A DNA stretch of 59,366 nt, from positions 132,413-191,778 of the forward strand of contig RQSC01000021.1 of NCBI GenBank assembly GCA_013416795.1, read 5' to 3'. Position numbers and translations under genes: made by a program. A model generated the notes under the pieces. That model did not search any database, was not told the origin of the DNA, and saw only the letters and a list, made by a program, of their open reading frames with translations. Origin of the DNA: Prasinococcaceae sp. CCMP 1430. Lineage: Eukaryota > Plantae > Prasinodermophyta. Positions 54,769 through 59,366 of the stretch are shown here, in pieces (within the stretch, counting starts at the first letter, position 1; the number at the start of each line of letters is the position of its first letter).

Positions 54769-54995
54769 GGCGCGCGCGTTCTCCCGATCCCCTTCGACGG
54801 CGGCCGCGCCGGAAGTCCCGCGCGTCCCCACGGCACGCTCTGCCTCCCACACCGCCGCCCGCGCCGCGCGCAGTGGCCCTGCCGCGCCGCTCGAGCCCCG
54901 CAGCACAACATCCCATCTCACGCGGCGCGCGCGGCCACGGCCCGCGGCCTCGCCACGAGGTCAAATTGACCTTGACCACCCCTCCGCCGCGCCGC

Positions 54996-54996
<1 letters not shown>

Positions 54997-55031
<35 letters not shown>
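54997..55031. repeat. Poly(dT:dA) tract, 35 bp, in the COPE/COG6 divergent promoter
   Basis: Uninterrupted T run within about 75% GC sequence. Confidence 0.9.
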
Positions 55032-55269
55032 CCGGCGCGCTGTCGCGGCGCGCGCTCGCGGGTGTTGCCGGAGGGAGAGGAGGGCCCAGAACGCATGCGC
55101 GCATGCGGCCGATCGGAGGCTCTCTGCGGAAAGGGACCAGCTTTGAAGCGAGGCCCCCCGCGGGGCGCAGCGCGGGCCGAGGAGGCGAGGTGGTGATGCC
55201 AGAGCGCTCCTGGGGGGGGGCGGGCGAGGGCGCGCAAGGGTCAAGGCTCAGCGCGCGACCGGGTGCGGG

Positions 55270-57387
55270 ATGGCGGCCGCCCCGCCGCCAGCCGCGGGCG
55301 GCGGCGCGCTCGCGCCTGGCCTCTCGCGCAAGCTTCGCAAGGTGCTGGAGACGCGCACGGACGCGCCCGAGGTGCTGGCGTCGCTCGAGGCGCTCTCCGA
55401 GTTCTACCACGAGAATACGCCCGCCGCGCGCCGAGCGCTGCGTGCGACAGTCGAGGCGCGCGGCCTCGCGGTGAACGAAGAGTTCATCGCGGCGGCAGCG
55501 GGCGCGCAAGCCGCGCTCGCCGAGGTTGAGGCGCAGGTGGCGGGGCTCGGCGCCTCGTGCGACCGCATGGGCGCGACCCTCGACGCGTGCTCGGCGCAGA
55601 CGGGGGGGCTGATTTCCGAGACGGAGCGACTCAACCTCGAACTGGACTCGTCGGCGAAACGCCTCGAGCTGGTGCACGACTTTCTCGAGCGCTATCAGCT
55701 GACGCCGTCTGAGGTCGCGGCGCTCGCCGAGGGTGCGATCGGCGACGAGTTCTTCGCGGCGCTCGAGCGCGTGCGCCAAATCCATGAGAATTGCAAGGCG
55801 CTGCTGCGCACGCACCACCAGAGGGCGGGCCTCGAGCTCATGGACGCGATGGCCGCGCACCAGGAGGGCGCGTACGAGCGCCTGTGCAAGTGGGTGCAAC
55901 ACGAATGCCGTGAATTGGGCGACGGCGACGCGCCGGAGGTTCCGGAGGAGCTGAAACGCGCGGCGTCGGTACTGCGCCAGCGCGCGGTGCTCTTCAGGTA
56001 CTGCGCCGAGGAGGTTGCGAACGCGCGCCACTCGTCGCTGTTCAGGCGGTTCCTGGCTGCGCTCACGCGGGGCGGCCCTGGCGGCATGCCACGCCCCATC
56101 GAGGTGCACGCGCACGACCCACTGCGCTACGTCGGAGACATGTGCGGCTGGCTTCACCAGGCGCTCGCCGAGGAGTACGAGCTCACCACCGCGCTATTCG
56201 GCGACCTCAAGCATCAGAGTACCGACGCTCGTGCGGCCGCTGCCAGCAACGGCCACGGGGCCGGAGGCGGCGGCGATGATGAAGATGAAGCCGTGAGCAC
56301 GTCCGAGGTCCTCGACCGCGTCTTCGAGGGTGTGTGCAGGCCGTTCAAGGCGCGAGTGGAGCAAGTGTTGACGACGGCGCCTGATGTGACGTTGGCCTTC
56401 AAGCTCGCCAACCTGCTGGACTTCTACACGCACACTATCAGCGACGTATTGAGCCCGACGGCTGCCCTCGCACGGGCGTTCCGACAGTGTCACGCCGCCG
56501 CGCAACAGGCCTTCCTGCAGCTGCTCAACAGCCGCGGCGCCAAGCTGTTGCGGAACCCACCGGCGGTCCCGCGCGACCTAGGGGTGCCCGCGGAAGTTGG
56601 CCAGTCCATCGACCAGCTGAGCTCGCTCCTGAACACACACGCTGATGCAATGACGACGGCATCGCCTACTGATGCCGGCGCTGGCAGCGATTTGGAGCAG
56701 CTGCTCAGTGCCGTGCTGGACCCGGTGCTTGAGGCGATCACCGCCGCGGCTTCATCGTACAGCGACGCCGAGGCCGAAGCCGCGGTAGCCGCGGCAGCCG
56801 CTGCGGTTCCGCCAGGAGAGCCGCAGCCCCCCCCGCCTCCTAGTGGACTCGACTCGCCGAAGGCGCGCGCCTTCGCGATGAACAATGTCGACGCGCTCGC
56901 CGTCGCGCTGCTGGCTGCCCCGCCGAGTGCCACCGCAGCGGTCGAGCCCCGACTGAAGGCTCTGGCGCAAGCCCGGGAGGAACACCTGGCCGCTGCAGTT
57001 GATGCAGAAATGGCGGTGATGCTGCGGCGCATCTCCATGTCCGCACCGCTTGCGGCGGCGCAGGAGATGATCTCCGAGGGGAGCGCGGCGCTCGGGTCGA
57101 AGGGGCCAGCGTGCGCGCTTGATGCTATCGCTGCGGGCTTGCCCAAGCTGTACGACATTTTCGCGACTGGAGGCGGCGGCGGGGGGGGCAATGGCGAGGA
57201 GGGATTTCCGGACTTCGCGTACATCCGAGCGCTGGATGCTCGAAAGGAAGCGCGCTCCGAGATGGCCATCGCACTGGCGGACGCGTACGACGCGCTGTAC
57301 AGCGCTGTGATGGCCTCGTATGGCCGCGACGGGCAGGCCATCTTGCAGCACACTCCCGACGCCGCGAGGGTCATGCTGGGCGTGTAA
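55270..57387 (+). CDS. COG6: Conserved oligomeric Golgi complex subunit 6, intronless
   Basis: LAPGLSRKLRKVLE, FLERYQL, AYERLCKWVQ, FLAALTRGGPGGMPRPIEVHAHDPLRYVGDMCGWLHQA, CRPFKARVEQVL. Confidence 0.96.
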   Translation: MAAAPPPAAGGGALAPGLSRKLRKVLETRTDAPEVLASLEALSEFYHENTPAARRALRATVEARGLAVNEEFIAAAAGAQAALAEVEAQVAGLGASCDRMGATLDACSAQTGGLISETERLNLELDSSAKRLELVHDFLERYQLTPSEVAALAEGAIGDEFFAALERVRQIHENCKALLRTHHQRAGLELMDAMAAHQEGAYERLCKWVQHECRELGDGDAPEVPEELKRAASVLRQRAVLFRYCAEEVANARHSSLFRRFLAALTRGGPGGMPRPIEVHAHDPLRYVGDMCGWLHQALAEEYELTTALFGDLKHQSTDARAAAASNGHGAGGGGDDEDEAVSTSEVLDRVFEGVCRPFKARVEQVLTTAPDVTLAFKLANLLDFYTHTISDVLSPTAALARAFRQCHAAAQQAFLQLLNSRGAKLLRNPPAVPRDLGVPAEVGQSIDQLSSLLNTHADAMTTASPTDAGAGSDLEQLLSAVLDPVLEAITAAASSYSDAEAEAAVAAAAAAVPPGEPQPPPPPSGLDSPKARAFAMNNVDALAVALLAAPPSATAAVEPRLKALAQAREEHLAAAVDAEMAVMLRRISMSAPLAAAQEMISEGSAALGSKGPACALDAIAAGLPKLYDIFATGGGGGGGNGEEGFPDFAYIRALDARKEARSEMAIALADAYDALYSAVMASYGRDGQAILQHTPDAARVMLGV

Positions 57388-57502
57388 TATAATATGTGCT
57401 TCACATGCAGCCCTGAGCTTATTAGAGCAACGTATGACGGGCGGGAGCACGAGCCGCACCGGCAGGCTCCGCCCGGCGCCGCCACGCGGGCATGGCCTCT
57501 AG

Positions 57503-59175
57503 CTACTGATTGCTCATGAGCGCCTGGAGCATCATCTGCTCGAAGCCCTTGGGGTCCTGTCCTGCCGCCCGCATGGCCTCCTTCATGGCCGCCTGCTGCT
57601 GCATGTGCAGCTTGACGCTGTTCGCGGCCTCGTCGGCGATAATCTTGTCGTGGAACGCCCCAGCTGCCCCAGACGTACGATTGGAATCCAGCGCCTCGGC
57701 AAAATCCTGCACCCTGATGGCGCGGATGGCGCTCGCGTCCGCCGCCGCCCTCTCCCTCGCCACGCCGGACTGCACCAGCCGACTCTCCTCCCTCAGCCTG
57801 TCGCGCACGGGCGCGAGCGCAGCCTGCTGAGCGAGGTCCTTGAGGTCACTGCCTGAGTAGCCCTTGGTGAGTTTGCCGAGCTTGCGGAAGTCGAAATTCC
57901 TTTCCACCTTTTCGTCCTTGAGCAGCAGGCGGAGGATCGCCTCGCGGTCGCCTTCCCCCGGCAGCGGCACCTCGAAATGGCGCGGCAGGCGACGCAGGAT
58001 GGCCTCGTCGAGCTCATGGGGGCGGTTGGTCGCAGCGAGCACCATGACGGACCCACTCGTCTGCTGGCGGCTCAGGAAACCTGCGTCGGTCGCGCAAGAA
58101 GGGCAGGGGGTCAGCGCCGCGCGGCAGCGCGCGCAGCGACATTCGAAGTCGGCGAGGCGCAACAGGGTCCGGCGCCGGCGCCCCCCCGCTCCCGCGTACA
58201 GGACGCGCGCGTCGCTCCGCCACTCACCATCCCACAGAGTCATGAACTCAGTCTTCATGTTTGTGACGGCCTCGTGCTCGCCCGTCCTGCGCTTGCCCAG
58301 AAACGAGTCCACCTCGTCCACGAAGATGATCGCGGGCGCCAACTTCCACGCGAGTGTGAAAACCGCCGTCACGAGCTTCTGCGCGTCGCCAAACCACTTG
58401 CTCTGCAGCGACGACACGCGGACGTTAATGAACGCCGCGCCAGACTCGTTCGCGATGGCCTTGGCGAGCATGGTCTTGCCCGTGCCGGGCGGCCCGTACA
58501 GGAGCACGCCCTTCACGGGCTGGAGAAGGTTGGACGTCGAGTACAGGTCCGGGCGGCGCAGCGGCCAGATGATCAGCTCCTGTAGGTTGCCCTTGATGTT
58601 CTCCATGCCGCCGATGCCGTCGAATGTGACTTCGCCCGCGCCGCCTGGAAGGACGACGTCCGCAAGCAATGCCTCCTCGTACTGGTTCGTGGTCGTCAGA
58701 GTGCGACCAAGGCGCTTCTTAATGAGCGTCTTCATCGCCTGCGGGCGCGCCAGCAGAGAGGCGCGCGCACAGGCGGTGTGCGTGCGCGGCGTGTGTGCGT
58801 GGTGGGGGTGGGGGGTGGGGGGAAGGGGGGGACGCCAGGCAGCGGGGCGCGCGTGCGGCGGCGGGAAAACAGGAAGGGAAGGTGTGGCGAACGGGAGAGG
58901 GGCGGTCAGTGGCGGTGCCTAGGCCTCCTCCTCCGCGCACCCTGGCTGCGGCGCGCGTGCTTGCTTAGCGCAGCCGCCCGGGGCGTTCACGCCGCAACGC
59001 GCACCTTGACATGCTTCGAGTCGGTTCCCGCGCGTGTGGGGTCCATTTTGCCAATCATTTTGGTGAGCAGCCATCCTCCGACGGCCGCGACGATCACGCT
59101 CACGCCCAGGTCCACCAGCACTGGCGGCATGCCGCCTGTGCCGGCGGCGGTGCGCTGCGTTGCGCTCAGACCCAT
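57503..59175 (-). CDS. ATAD1: MSP1/ATAD1-type membrane-anchored AAA+ ATPase; exons 59175(or 59208)-59005, 58738-58228, 58080-57503
   Basis: N-terminal TM VIVAAVGGWLL; YEEALLADVV; KGVLLYGPPGTGKTMLAKA; SKWFGDAQKLV..AWKLAPAIIFVDEVDSFL; HEAVTNMKTEFMTLWDG|FL; ATNRP..ILRRLP. Confidence 0.93.
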
Positions 59176-59366
59176 CTGCCTGACCTTGCGCGAGCCGCTA
59201 TCGAGCATCTGCGGCGCACGGCCGCAGCGGCGCACGGGCCCTCCCGCGCCGCGGTGTGCGTTCTCGCGCGCGCCCTCAGACCGGGGCCACGTGTGCGTGT
59301 GAGAACGACGGAGGCGGCGGGCGGGCAAGGCGGGCGGGCGCGCCTCGCGGGCGGCGAGTGGCGCTC

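Larger units (their letters stand above)
3025..57387. terminator. TGTAA polyadenylation signals downstream of many genes
   Basis: + strand at 13712, 19150, 40451, 47400, 57383 (overlaps the COG6 stop); - strand (TTACA on +) at 3025, 25278, 26535, 42524, 50901, 53196. Confidence 0.75.

Noticed and set aside
58081-58227. Stop-free, in-frame 147-nt segment in ATAD1 as a novel insertion domain
   Set aside because: Canonical GTGAGT...CGCAG intron; splicing restores LWDG-FL. Stop-free introns are expected at this GC content.
10819-59004. Introner-like repeated intron family
   Set aside because: The introns I compared share only splice and branch signals and GC-rich low-complexity sequence; one 15-nt match (476-548 versus the ankyrin intron) is explicable by composition.

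Overview
Eukaryotic nuclear scaffold from a very GC-rich (roughly 70-75% by eye), gene-dense green alga; no prokaryotic operons, CRISPR, rRNA, tRNA or recognisable transposon were seen. The green-algal call is an inference from plant-type orthologues, short GT-AG introns with GCTGAC/ACTAAC branch points and recurring TGTAA poly(A) signals. It is prasinophyte-like; the species cannot be determined from sequence alone. About 30 protein genes are supported: TPT-family transporter (split), VPS9, PRP8, Deg9-type protease (truncated), organellar rpL33, SEC23, a Caprin-like protein, an ankyrin protein, an SP-rich wall protein with a somatomedin-B-like domain, a SPRING/C12orf49 homologue, RBR, LOLITA/TSPOON, an EamA transporter, RIO2, an FRG-type SNF2 ATPase, Kelch and SAP proteins, a PhyH-like/HD fusion, PFK, a FoP-duplication protein, a PAN-like protein, LpxC, NIPA, a thioredoxin-like protein, a 76-aa three-exon microprotein, epsilon-COP, COG6 and MSP1/ATAD1. 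The draft has 7 N gaps and at least one probable misjoin. Best leads: (1) a degenerate PhyH-like domain fused to an intact bacterial-type HD diiron-oxygenase-like domain, echoing PhnY/PhnZ phosphonate catabolism; (2) PRP8 and Deg9 head-to-head on overlapping ATGs; (3) a multi-hairpin ncRNA candidate at about 26.27-26.54 kb; (4) a RING-less, SIM-rich FRG/Uls1-type SNF2 ATPase. Family assignments come from motif recall, not database searches.
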